64,000 nucleotides of DNA from Promethearchaeota archaeon. GTDB lineage: Archaea > Asgardarchaeota > Lokiarchaeia > Sigyniarchaeales > SOKP01. Position 1 is the first letter of the stretch. Each line of letters begins with the position of its first letter. The stretch is taken from positions 1-64,000 of the forward strand of contig JBHLLU010000017.1 in assembly GCA_048938895.1 (NCBI GenBank). Reading direction: 5' to 3'. Of the stretch, positions 20,484 through 30,726 are shown one piece after another. Under the pieces are notes generated by a model that was given only the letters and a program-made list of their open reading frames with translations, was not told where the DNA came from and searched no databases. Position numbers and translations under genes: made by a program.

Positions 20484-21707
20484 TTAGCGTTTTAAATTAG
20501 CATTAACCCAATCAGTATAACCTTTTGCGTCTAATTCTTTTGGTACAGCTTCAAAGAATTGAGCTGTTATTTCTTTTACATGTTTTGCGGCAATTGGATG
20601 GAACATCATAGCAAGATCTAGTCCTACAAGACTCAGAGCAAGAGCATTGATGATTTCCCATATAGGACCTCTATACTGGCGCAACCCCCATTCAGGGGCA
20701 ACCTTCTCACTCATCCATGCTTCTCTTGCACCCCATGCATTTGTAGTACCTCCACTAATAGGGTAAGCAAGATCTGTTTCTCCTAGAAGCCCAGCAATAC
20801 GCATCCTTTGATATATACTGAAGGAATACTCCATCCCATAGCCAAGAGTAGCGCATGTAGGGTCCATTACTATCCTATTTGGAGCAAGTCCTAATTCAAG
20901 AGCATCTTTATTCATCTTAATTTGATTGTTCAGATCCAAACTTGTCCACAGCAAGCAATTATGGTCATGTTTGACTGCCAATGGGATTTAAAGGTCAATT
21001 GATGAATTCAATTGACTTACTTCTTCCCACGTAGCTTTATCTGCCGCGGAAAGCATAAGGACTTCGCTTTCTGAGATAGCAGCCAATTCTGTGAACATTT
21101 CAACATCCTTCTTTTTGTTTCCTGAACACCCAATTATGACAGGAACGTCAACGGCTTGTAGAATCTCTTCTAGAAATTTTCTTGATTGTGAGACAGGTGC
21201 ATCACCCATAGCGGGATCAATTTCAAGTGAATGAAAGGTAATACATTCGGCTCCAAACTTCTTTACTGCAAACTTTGCCCATTCAGCGGGATCCGCGAGA
21301 ACTTTACCATATTCCTCCTTGATCGGCTTAGGAAGCATCATTTTCGAACCCATATCAAATACGTCATAGGTAACTAATGGAGGATTCGGATTTCGTTTTT
21401 CAAGTCCGAGGAAGTTATAAAAAGGAGGTACGACTTCTCCTCCTATCACAGCTTTTTTCCCATTAGAACGGACAAATTCTATGGTCTGGATTTTACCAGG
21501 ATAGTCAATATCAAGAGCAAATTTAGCAGGAGTCCATTCTGCTTTTCCAGGAACTCCCGGGAGCACCGCTTGAGCCGCGGTTTGCACAATACTTGGTAAC
21601 ATTTGAAGTTCGAGATATTCGGCAAATAGATCTACGTCTTTCAACTCAATTTCTTCAGTATCCTTCATAAACTCTGCGAGTTTCTTACTTAATTCGTCAA
21701 ATGAAAT
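20484..21707 (-). CDS. cdhD: Acetyl-CoA decarbonylase/synthase delta subunit (corrinoid FeS protein small subunit), interrupted by a 30-nt candidate intron at 20988-21017
   Basis: ORFs 20988-21668 and 20484-20981 are in the same frame and together give CdhD/AcsD motifs (IGGE..PFY, DPAEWAK, VPVIIGCSG, IVMDPT..LGYGMEY, AWGAREAW, MFHP). Probable ATT start at 21707, otherwise ATG at 21668. Confidence 0.9.
20988..21017 (-). other. Candidate bulge-helix-bulge (BHB) mRNA intron in cdhD
   Basis: mRNA UGGGA-A-GAAG-UA^A-GUCAAUUGA-AUUCA-UCAAUUGAC-CUUU-AA^A-UCCCA. Central helix GAAG/CUUU, two 3-nt bulges, 9-bp intron stem; canonical cuts give W-E-E-V-I-P-L in frame. Confidence 0.8.
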
Positions 21708-22001
21708 TTATATCACTTTTGTTGATTAATTGCTATTTTGATAGATAGACAATTGTAGAATGGAATTTAAGTTTATTTAAAAAGGATTTACGACGGAATT
21801 AGTCATTTGATGTAAGATTGTGATCCCACATCAATCGTTTAAAGTTTAAAAATCAATTATAGGATACAGAATTTATGAATTAATCTTTTAAGGAAAATTA
21901 TCTTCTTAATTTTTAACCGAAGTGTAGAATTTAATCAATAATATATTTTGTACTGAAATCTTTTATCTTTAAAACGAGTAAATAGTAGGATCTTAAAAAT
22001 T

Positions 22002-23834
22002 ATGCGTATTTCCATGCATCAGGATCTTGAACGAGCCATGAAGCTTATAGGGGAGGGGAAAATAGAGGAACCTTTACAAATATTTGATAATTTTAAAAAT
22101 TTAGAACATATAACCCCAAGAGATAAACACTATTATCGTTTTTTTAAAGGGACTATTGTTTTTCAGATGGGAAAGCTTCAAGAGGGCCTTAAAATAGCAG
22201 AACAAGATTATAAAGAGAATGAAAGTAAGAATAATCCTTTATTTCTAATCGATGCAGTCTTTTTAAAATGGAACATCTTACTTCTTTTAGGTAAAGGCCA
22301 TGAGGAGCGAGAAAACGTTATATTTTGTGAGAAATTGCTTAAATCTGTTACAAAAGAATCCCCCTCCGAATTAAAATTAAGAGAAGGTTTTCTTTTTTGT
22401 ATGAAGGGATTTTTTTTATATTGGGAACAAAAGTATGATGAGGCTATAGAACTTTATAAAAAAAGTCTCTTAATTTTTGAAAAGTATGTCATTACTTCAA
22501 TATTGATCCCCTTTACTTTAAATTTGCTAGGATTATCTTATAGAGCTAAAGGAGAATTAGATTTAGCATTAGAATCTCATAAAAAATGTATAGAACTTTC
22601 CAGAGGAAGTAGTATAGCAATCAATATGAGAACTGGAGTCACTTATAGTAATATTGGTGAAATTTACTTTCAAAAAGGTTCTCTAGATCAAGCAAGTGAA
22701 TATTACAAAAAAAGTCTAAAAGTTTTTGAACAATATAAAACAGCCTTAGCAGTATCTCGAATAGGAATCAGTTTTGATAGCTTGATAAAAGTCTATTTAT
22801 ACAAGCGTTCTCCTGAAGAAGCACAACAACACTTAAACCTTTTCTATCAATACATAAAAAGAAATAATATTTCAAAAAATTTCTCATGGTATAGATTAGC
22901 AAAAGCACGAATGCTAAAATCAAGTCCTCGTATCCGAAATAGAGCCGAAGCCGAAAAAATTCTAAGAGAATTAATTGGGGAACATCGTGGAGTAGATAAT
23001 GAATTTATAATAGCTATAATCGAGCTTTGTGATTTTTATTTTGAAGAATTACGTCTAACAAACGAAATAGAAATAATTGATGATATTCAGCCCCTTATTG
23101 AAAGGTTACTAAAGGAATCAAAACGAACAAATTCCTACACACTCCAAGCTCAAACTTACTTATTACATGGAAAAATATCTTTACTTCAGATAAATATGAG
23201 TGATGCTCGGAGATATTTAACTCAAGCCCAAAGTATTGCTGAGGAGCATGGCCTTCAATTGTTAGCTAGAGAGATATCAATGGAGCATGATAAATTATTA
23301 GATCAATTAGATGAATGGGAGGACCTTAAGATAAAAGAAACCTCAATTTCGGAAAGAATGAACTTAGCATCGTTAAAGGAATCTATAGATTTACTACAAC
23401 GTAAACGTGAGTTAAAAGCACCAGAATTAACTGATGAAGAACCTATTTTGCTTTTAATAATATCAACAGGAGGGGTTCTCCTATTTTCATATTCTTTTTC
23501 TAACGAATTAAAAATCGATGATGAACTTTTCGGGGGATTTTTATCGGCAATAACATCTTTTAGTGATGAAATTTTCTCTCAGGGGCTTGATCGAGCTAAG
23601 TTCGGTTCATATACAGTTCTTATGAATAATGTTGGACCTTTCTTTTTTTGTTATTTACTTAAGGGTCAAACTTACTTAGCAAAGAAAAAGTTATCTAATT
23701 TTACAGAAAACTTACAAAAGAATTCCTCGATGATGGAAACGTTGAATAAATTTAATCAAAGAGGTCAAGTTATCGAGCTCAAAGATTTTCCCTTTCTTGA
23801 AGGTTTTATACAAGGAATTTTTAATAAAAAATAA
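22002..23834 (+). CDS. TPR-repeat protein with C-terminal longin/roadblock-like domain
   Basis: TPR units (LNLLGLSYRAKGELDLALESHKKC; YSNIGEIYFQKGSLDQASEYYKKSL); C-terminal LLIISTGGVLLFSYSF...LFGGFLSAITSFSDEI. Confidence 0.75.
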   Translation: MRISMHQDLERAMKLIGEGKIEEPLQIFDNFKNLEHITPRDKHYYRFFKGTIVFQMGKLQEGLKIAEQDYKENESKNNPLFLIDAVFLKWNILLLLGKGHEERENVIFCEKLLKSVTKESPSELKLREGFLFCMKGFFLYWEQKYDEAIELYKKSLLIFEKYVITSILIPFTLNLLGLSYRAKGELDLALESHKKCIELSRGSSIAINMRTGVTYSNIGEIYFQKGSLDQASEYYKKSLKVFEQYKTALAVSRIGISFDSLIKVYLYKRSPEEAQQHLNLFYQYIKRNNISKNFSWYRLAKARMLKSSPRIRNRAEAEKILRELIGEHRGVDNEFIIAIIELCDFYFEELRLTNEIEIIDDIQPLIERLLKESKRTNSYTLQAQTYLLHGKISLLQINMSDARRYLTQAQSIAEEHGLQLLAREISMEHDKLLDQLDEWEDLKIKETSISERMNLASLKESIDLLQRKRELKAPELTDEEPILLLIISTGGVLLFSYSFSNELKIDDELFGGFLSAITSFSDEIFSQGLDRAKFGSYTVLMNNVGPFFFCYLLKGQTYLAKKKLSNFTENLQKNSSMMETLNKFNQRGQVIELKDFPFLEGFIQGIFNKK

Positions 23835-23883
23835 AATCTTTGTTAAAGTTCAGTAGTATATCTAAAAACAAAATTATAAATTT

Positions 23884-25539
23884 TTAAGGTTTACTCAGTT
23901 TTGCTATTTCTTGCTCTTCCAGTTTTTTAAAATCAATTTTACCAACTAGTGTTTTTGGTAATTGAGTGCTAAATACGATCTCCCTCGGACAGCTCCATTT
24001 TAACAAATGTTCTTGACAAAAATTGATTAACTTGTCTTTCATTTCAGTACTTTCTTTATTTTTATCTTTTAAAACTACATATGCTTTTACTTTTTGAACC
24101 TGTTTTTCATCAGGAACACCAATCACACATGCTTCAAGAACATCAGGATGTTTATAGAGAACATCTTCAACTTGAGCAGGATAAACATTGTATCCAGAGG
24201 ATTTTATCATTCGCTTAAGTCTAATTTTAAAATAAAAAAAGCCATCTTCATCCATGGTGGCAATATCTCCTGTGTGGAGCCAGATTCTACCATCTTTGTG
24301 TCTTCGTAATGTTTTAGCAGTTTCTTCTGGCATATCTAAATAGCCTAGCATAACTGCTGGACCATGAATGCATAGTTCACCTTCTTGACCAACAGGGGCT
24401 TCATCTTCATTGTTTATTTCAACAACTTTCATCATCATATCTGGGAAAGGTATGCCAATACTTCCCTCTCGATATTCCCCTAATGGCATAGCACAAATGC
24501 CAGTTACGGCTTCAGTTAATCCATAACCTTCTCTTAGTTGGACCGTTGATCCATTATCTCTGCATATTTTTTCAAATTTTTCCTTAGTAGTCCGTGGTAA
24601 GGTATCTGCTCCACAAAATGCTGCTTTTAAGAAACTTAAATCAGTTTTTTGAAATTTTGGATTTCTATTAAGTGCTTCATAAAGGGTTGGCACACCAAAT
24701 AATAGCGTTGGTTTTTTTTTATCAATTAGATCTGCCACTTGATCAGGGGTAAAAGAGGGAACTAAAATTGTTTTTCCACCTCCCATGAATACAGCATTAA
24801 CACATACTCCCAATCCGAAACCATGAAAGATAGGTAATATTGCTAACGCTGAATCTTGATCCGATAGATTCATCCAAGTGGCTACTTGAGTTCCTTCTGA
24901 TATAATATTATAGTTTGAAAGCATAATCCCCTTCGGAACACCAGTCGTTCCGCCAGAATATAGTATTACAGCCATTTCGTCGGGATTCATTGGAGATGTA
25001 GCTATTTTTGGGTAAGATTTACTCATGATATCTTTCCACCAATGAACTTTTGTGCTGCTAGGGGATAGTTCCATTTCAGGACTCATCTGAACTAAAATCA
25101 ATACCTTTAATTCTGTAGTATCTATTATCTTCTCAAAATTATTATATACATTGTCAATAGTGAGTGCAAAAGAACTTTTACTTAAATTTAGAAAAAATTC
25201 AATCTGATTTGGAGGACTTAAAGGATGAATCATGCTTGCGATTGCTCCGATTTTATTTATAGCATAAAAGCAAATAACTCCTTGAGGAGAACTCGGCATA
25301 GCTATTGTCATTCGATCTCCCTTTTTAAGTCCTAAACTTTGTAAAGCTTCAGCACATTGGTCAATTTGTTCTATTAACTGTTCATAAGTTGATTCATTTC
25401 CCATAAAATCATATGCAACAGCATCAGGATAAATATTTGATGTATTTACTAAAGCTTTATACATAGTAGATTTAGGATAATCAATATGTTCAGGAACGTG
25501 TTTATCATAAAAATTCAACCAAGGTTTTTTTTCATACAA
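23884..25539 (-). CDS. Long-chain fatty acid--CoA ligase (AMP-binding)
   Basis: YSGGTTGVPKG, EGYGLTE, HTGDI, LPKTLVGK. Confidence 0.92.
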   Translation of the reverse strand: MYEKKPWLNFYDKHVPEHIDYPKSTMYKALVNTSNIYPDAVAYDFMGNESTYEQLIEQIDQCAEALQSLGLKKGDRMTIAMPSSPQGVICFYAINKIGAIASMIHPLSPPNQIEFFLNLSKSSFALTIDNVYNNFEKIIDTTELKVLILVQMSPEMELSPSSTKVHWWKDIMSKSYPKIATSPMNPDEMAVILYSGGTTGVPKGIMLSNYNIISEGTQVATWMNLSDQDSALAILPIFHGFGLGVCVNAVFMGGGKTILVPSFTPDQVADLIDKKKPTLLFGVPTLYEALNRNPKFQKTDLSFLKAAFCGADTLPRTTKEKFEKICRDNGSTVQLREGYGLTEAVTGICAMPLGEYREGSIGIPFPDMMMKVVEINNEDEAPVGQEGELCIHGPAVMLGYLDMPEETAKTLRRHKDGRIWLHTGDIATMDEDGFFYFKIRLKRMIKSSGYNVYPAQVEDVLYKHPDVLEACVIGVPDEKQVQKVKAYVVLKDKNKESTEMKDKLINFCQEHLLKWSCPREIVFSTQLPKTLVGKIDFKKLEEQEIAKLSKP

Positions 25540-25614
25540 AATCTATTCACCTTCTATAGTACTCGAATTATTCAGTTAAAAGAAGATATTACAAAATGTA
25601 TTAAAAATTTTATT

Positions 25615-26139
25615 TCATGCAAAAAATCTTTTCCTAATAAGAAGGAGAGTTATACTTATTGCAAATATGAGTGAAATAAAAATGAATTCTAATCTAAATC
25701 CAGGGATAATTGGAAGATAATATCTGGTCACGGTATACCCTTCCGGTAAAACGGTCAGATTATATGAATCTGGTCCACTATTTACTAAAATTATTTCTAT
25801 ATAATAAATTTTAGTTTCTGGAGCTGTATAGTTTATAAAAGGGGTATCATCAATACTGTAATTAACAAGTGAAGGCTTACTGAATATTTTGGTATTCAGT
25901 GATTTATCAGCTTTAACATATGATTGAATAGGACGCTTATTAAAGAGGAAAAGGGTAAAGTTTCCACTATCCTCATGATTTACGGTAATTTGAGTATTAT
26001 TACCTGCCTGTAAATCGAATAAAAAGAAAGCATAATTACCGTCCTTAATATAATCAAGATGGACAAAGGCTTTCACACCCGTTATTGGGATTACCAGTAA
26101 AATCACAGAAAAAAGTACAGTAAACTTTTTGTAATTCAT
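25615..26139 (-). CDS. Secreted protein with Loki-CTERM-like C-terminal anchor
   Basis: Signal peptide MNYKKFTVLFSVILLVIP..VKA; C-terminal IPGF + TM helix + RKR. Confidence 0.7.
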   Translation of the reverse strand: MNYKKFTVLFSVILLVIPITGVKAFVHLDYIKDGNYAFFLFDLQAGNNTQITVNHEDSGNFTLFLFNKRPIQSYVKADKSLNTKIFSKPSLVNYSIDDTPFINYTAPETKIYYIEIILVNSGPDSYNLTVLPEGYTVTRYYLPIIPGFRLEFIFISLIFAISITLLLIRKRFFA

Positions 26140-26281
26140 TATTAGATAACTTCGAATTCTATTAAAATAGATATATTATAACTAATTTTAAAATTTTTGA
26201 TTTTAAATAGTGTTGTATTTAAGAACTTTTTTCAAGATCATTACATTTTAAAATTATTGTATATAAGAATTAGTTGATTTT

Positions 26282-27163
26282 ATGGGCAATTTACAGCTAA
26301 AAAATCTGGAATTTGAGAAATATCATGGATTAGGAAATGATTATATATTATTAAATGATATAAATTGGGAAATTCCTGAACAGAAAAAGTCATTATTAGC
26401 AAAGAAACTATGCGAAATCCATTTTTCCATTGGGGCAGATGGTTTAATTTATGTTGGTAATTCAGATAAAGCAGATATAAAAATGCGAATATTTAATAGC
26501 GACGGAACAGAAGCAGAAATGTGTGGTAATGGGATAAGATGTTTTTCTAAATATGTTTACGAACATAATATTGTCCACAAAAAAGATATTAGAATTGAGA
26601 CATTAAAGGGGATAATGGTTGCAAAGAATACAATCATTGATGAATCTGTAGTAAGCGTTGAAATTGATATGGGCCCGCCGATTCTAAAATGTGCAGAAAT
26701 ACCAGTAATATCAGAATCCTTATCGGACAAATGTATAAATGAACCAATTTCTATTATAGATAAAATATTTAATTTTACAGCAGTATCTATGGGAAATCCT
26801 CATGCGGTAATTTTTATAAATAAACAATTAAATGATGATGAACTAAATATGTATGGTGCTACAATAGAGTCACACAAACGATTTCCAAATAAGGTAAATG
26901 TGGAATTCGTAAAAGTTATTTCAGAAGAGGAAAGCATTGTAAGAGTATTTGAAAGAGGTGTTGGGATTACTAAATCTTGTGGAACAGGTGCTTGTGCATC
27001 TGTAGTAGCAGGTGCAATTTTAGGTAAATTTAAGAAAGCCACACCGATAACGGTCCATAATGATGGAGGGGATTTAAAAATTACTTATATAGGCAAAACT
27101 GTCCTTATGGAAGGTCCTGTAAATAAAATTTTTAGGGGAATCCTTGAAGAATTAAAAGTCTAA
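26282..27163 (+). CDS. dapF: Diaminopimelate epimerase
   Basis: KYHGLGNDY, AEMCGNGIRC, GNPH, ERGVG.T.SCGTG. Confidence 0.97.
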   Translation: MGNLQLKNLEFEKYHGLGNDYILLNDINWEIPEQKKSLLAKKLCEIHFSIGADGLIYVGNSDKADIKMRIFNSDGTEAEMCGNGIRCFSKYVYEHNIVHKKDIRIETLKGIMVAKNTIIDESVVSVEIDMGPPILKCAEIPVISESLSDKCINEPISIIDKIFNFTAVSMGNPHAVIFINKQLNDDELNMYGATIESHKRFPNKVNVEFVKVISEEESIVRVFERGVGITKSCGTGACASVVAGAILGKFKKATPITVHNDGGDLKITYIGKTVLMEGPVNKIFRGILEELKV

Positions 27164-27183
27164 CACTGAATTGGGTTTTTAGT

Positions 27184-28497
27184 ATGAAATATGCTGAATG
27201 GTTAAAAAAGAAGGATTTAGAATATAGAAATGATATTCTACATTTTGGGAATCTTAATACTATAGAATTAGCTAAAGATTTTGGAACTCCTATTTATATA
27301 ATTAACGAAACAGCTATTAGAAGTCGATATAAAGAATTGAAAAAGATTCTAGATTCTGAATATACCAATAATTCCATACATTTTGCTATGAAAGCAAATT
27401 CAAATTTATCTATTCTAAAAATACTCGAATCAGAAGGAGCAGGTTTTGATTGTACTTCTATGGGAGAGATTCACGCATGTTTAAAAGTAGGAATTTCTCC
27501 AGACAAAATCATATACACAGGAAATATGTTTACGAATAAAGATTTTGAATTTGCGGTAAAAAATGATATTCTCGTGAATTTAGATAGTATCAGTCAATTA
27601 AAAAGATTAGTAAAAATGTATAATGATTTGGGAAAAGAAAAGAAGCTAATTTCGTTTAGAATTAATCCAGAATTTGGGGCAGGTCACCATTCTCACACCA
27701 TAACAGCAGGAAAGACAATTAAATTTGGAATATTAGAGGACCAAGTAATTGAAGCTTATTCGGAAGCGAAGGAAGCAGGTTTTAAAAGATTTGGGACTCA
27801 CATCCATATAGGTTCAGGAATCATTAATGCTCGTGATTTTGAAAAAGCGATAGATAAATATTTAATTATTATTATGAAATTAGCAGATACACTTGATATT
27901 TCTTTTGAGTTTGTTGATTTTGGGGGTGGTTTAGGCATACCATACCGACCAGAAGAAGAACCATTAGATCTAGAACTTTATAAAAGTGTAATTCTCAAAC
28001 GATTCAAAGAATTAAATGAAGGCGGGAGATTTAGGAATCCAAAATTTATTATTGAACCTGGACGTTATCTTTCAGCAGAAGCATCTATAATTCTTACTCA
28101 AATAAATACCATCAAAGATAATGGATATAAATTATTTGCTGGGACTGATGCGGGATTTAATACCTTAATTCGTCCTATAATGTATGGTTCGTATCATCAT
28201 ATTATTCCTTGTAAAATAATGAATAAAGAGATGACAATGACTTATGACATAGTGGGTCCCATCTGCGAATCAGGCGATATCCTTGGTAAAGAAAGAAAGT
28301 TACCAAGATTAGAAGAAGGAGATTATCTTGCTATACTTGATACTGGTGCCTATGGCTTTACTATGAGTAGTTCCTATAATTTTAGACCAAGACCAGCAGA
28401 ACTTTTAATTTCCAAAAGTAAAACATTCATAATTAGAGAAGCAGAAACTTTTGAAGATTTAACTAAAGGACAAGAAATTCCTGATCATCTGAAGTAA
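27184..28497 (+). CDS. lysA: Diaminopimelate decarboxylase
   Basis: AMKAN PLP lysine, HIGS, DFGGG, EPGR, GPICESGD, GAYG. Confidence 0.97.
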   Translation: MKYAEWLKKKDLEYRNDILHFGNLNTIELAKDFGTPIYIINETAIRSRYKELKKILDSEYTNNSIHFAMKANSNLSILKILESEGAGFDCTSMGEIHACLKVGISPDKIIYTGNMFTNKDFEFAVKNDILVNLDSISQLKRLVKMYNDLGKEKKLISFRINPEFGAGHHSHTITAGKTIKFGILEDQVIEAYSEAKEAGFKRFGTHIHIGSGIINARDFEKAIDKYLIIIMKLADTLDISFEFVDFGGGLGIPYRPEEEPLDLELYKSVILKRFKELNEGGRFRNPKFIIEPGRYLSAEASIILTQINTIKDNGYKLFAGTDAGFNTLIRPIMYGSYHHIIPCKIMNKEMTMTYDIVGPICESGDILGKERKLPRLEEGDYLAILDTGAYGFTMSSSYNFRPRPAELLISKSKTFIIREAETFEDLTKGQEIPDHLK

Positions 28498-28603
28498 ATT
28501 TTTGCAAGATATTCCTATTTAATCCTACTCTTTTTATTAGGTATATATTGATTTTTAATTCTAAGGAGAAGAATTTATTATTGATAATATTATCATTAAA
28601 AAT

Positions 28604-29887
28604 ATGAAATTGAGCTTGCAGGAATGCATAGCGACTCGTAAAGATTGTTCTGGTGGTGGTAGTATATTACCTCTTACCGATATTTTGGATCTTTGTAAAG
28701 CTGCATTTGAAGCTGCTCCTTTAAAATTATTATATATTATTCTTCCCCAAGGAAAAGATTATGAAGGGGGCATCTATACATATAATGGGAAGGATATTGT
28801 CTTACTCTCCAGTATACTAAAAACTAAATTTACAATGGAATTATATCCCGAGTTGAATAGTAAAGATTTAATGAATTTAGGGGAACTAATTAATGTAGGA
28901 TTGATCTGGCAATATCTTTCATTGAAAGCAGTAAGTATTGGATTGGGTGTTTCCCAGCGAGCTCGAAGCCCTAAAAAAATCAATAATCTTGTGAATTCCC
29001 TTACAAATAAAGATCAAGTTTTCTTATATTCAGTTGCTGTACAAAAAGATAATGATGATACCCTGGTGCAAGATACGTCAGAACCACTCCAAATTACTTT
29101 AAAAGAGGGAACTTACCTTCTCAACACTCCAGAGTGTTATGAAAATCAAGCTATTTATAAAGGTGTTTACAAAGGAGTTTCTTTAGAAAGTGCAATTTTT
29201 AAGCAATCCAAGGAAAAAACATCAAATATAAACAAAGTATACCAAATTTCGCAATTGCTTTGGGCGTGTGAAGGAGAAACTGATCATACTACTCATGGAA
29301 ATAGGGATAATTTAGATAAGAATGGATTTGGCCGCGTTCATGCTTCTGGATGTGCAGGATATGCTGTATATCCTATTATTTTTATAAAAAATTTCGTCGT
29401 TTTACCTAAGGGAGCTTATATTTACAATCCAGTGGGTTTCTCTGCCTTGAAAAGATGGGTTAAAATAGATAACCGTATAAATTATGATCATTATTTGCAA
29501 AAATATAGTTCAGAAGAACTATTTGATGGAGTGAAGGAGGAATTCGACCTTGATTGTTCACAGTTTATAATCCTTTTATGCATTGATAGAAAGAAACCTT
29601 GTTCTGGCTTTATGCATCGTAAACTTATGGATACTACTGGCTGGGCGGAAATCGAAGCAGGTATGGCACTAGCAGGATTACAATTACAAGCTAATGCTTT
29701 AGGTTTAGAATGGGAAAAAGTAATCATATCATCATCAGAAAATTCGGAATATCGTGATATGTTTCATTTAGACTTAGCAGAGATGGCTATTAATAAAGTA
29801 GCTAAAACACTAATAAACCTCCCGAAAAATGAACACTTATCACTTATAGGAAAACTTTTACCAACGGTCCTATTTTATACAAAATAA
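28604..29887 (+). CDS. Divergent nitroreductase / SagB-ThcOx-like protein, tandem domains
   Basis: SLQECIATR; SQLLWAC...R.HASGCAGY...GAYIYNP; EAGMALAGLQLQANALGL. Confidence 0.6.
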   Translation: MKLSLQECIATRKDCSGGGSILPLTDILDLCKAAFEAAPLKLLYIILPQGKDYEGGIYTYNGKDIVLLSSILKTKFTMELYPELNSKDLMNLGELINVGLIWQYLSLKAVSIGLGVSQRARSPKKINNLVNSLTNKDQVFLYSVAVQKDNDDTLVQDTSEPLQITLKEGTYLLNTPECYENQAIYKGVYKGVSLESAIFKQSKEKTSNINKVYQISQLLWACEGETDHTTHGNRDNLDKNGFGRVHASGCAGYAVYPIIFIKNFVVLPKGAYIYNPVGFSALKRWVKIDNRINYDHYLQKYSSEELFDGVKEEFDLDCSQFIILLCIDRKKPCSGFMHRKLMDTTGWAEIEAGMALAGLQLQANALGLEWEKVIISSSENSEYRDMFHLDLAEMAINKVAKTLINLPKNEHLSLIGKLLPTVLFYTK

Positions 29888-29899
29888 ATAAATTTAATC

Positions 29900-30625
29900 A
29901 TGTCCAACATTTATTTCTCAATTTCGATTATTGGTCTTGTTATATATTTATTTAATAGTGTTAGTGTATTTGCCTATGCTTCAATTATTATTGATAGGCT
30001 ATATATTGCTAAAAAATTCAGTAAGAGTAAAAATTTTGATCTGTATAATGATCTTTTTTCTTGGGAAACCTTTTTTATTTCAATTGGAATAGTAAATATA
30101 ATAGAAATTTTTCTTCTATTAATAGAATTTGATAATATCCTTTCTTATTTATTATTTAAAGTTATCATTCTCATTATGTTTTCTGCATTTTTCATGAAAA
30201 TTATTCATGTAGAGAAAGTAATGAGAATTATCACCTATGAAAGGCATTATTATGCCGGAATCATACTTTTTCCTATTCTTTTCATCTTATTAATATTCGA
30301 TATTTCAGTCATACTTTTAATATTAATTTTTGTCGTTACTGCGCTTATTCCTTTTTTAGTTTTTTTCTCATATTTGAGAAATAGTGAAATGACAATAAAG
30401 AATTCAGTGAAAATATGCATAGGAGCAATCTTTTTAACATTTGGGTACATTCTAACAGCGGAATATTTATTTGATTTAATAACATTGAATGATTCTTTCA
30501 GTATCTTATATGATATTATCAAGATTATTACATCAGTTTTTTTCTTGGTTGGATCATTTTTAATTTATTGGAGTATTCGGATGTATCTTACTCACTCTAC
30601 AAATGATCATAAAGAAGATTTTTAA
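29900..30625 (+). CDS. Hypothetical multi-pass membrane protein
   Basis: About 7 hydrophobic segments. Confidence 0.6.
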   Translation: MSNIYFSISIIGLVIYLFNSVSVFAYASIIIDRLYIAKKFSKSKNFDLYNDLFSWETFFISIGIVNIIEIFLLLIEFDNILSYLLFKVIILIMFSAFFMKIIHVEKVMRIITYERHYYAGIILFPILFILLIFDISVILLILIFVVTALIPFLVFFSYLRNSEMTIKNSVKICIGAIFLTFGYILTAEYLFDLITLNDSFSILYDIIKIITSVFFLVGSFLIYWSIRMYLTHSTNDHKEDF

Positions 30626-30726
30626 TTCTTCACTCGAATTTACTATTGTGACATTTTAGCCCAAATTTGACAAATCTTATTATTTTAGTTTACTTTTTAT
30701 TATATTGAGATAAGATTATAAGAAGT

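Noticed and set aside
20988-21020. Spliceosomal-like signals at the cdhD insertion (GUAAGU at the 5' side, UUGAC branch-like, CCUUU)
   Set aside because: No terminal AG; cutting at GU would delete the Val codon; BHB geometry explains the boundaries exactly; no spliceosome is known in archaea. Treated as coincidence.
20484-21668. cdhD as a frameshifted pseudogene, a naturally split gene, or stop read-through
   Set aside because: The halves are in frame and otherwise intact; the stop is TAA inside a structured 30-nt insertion, not a lone TGA/TAG.
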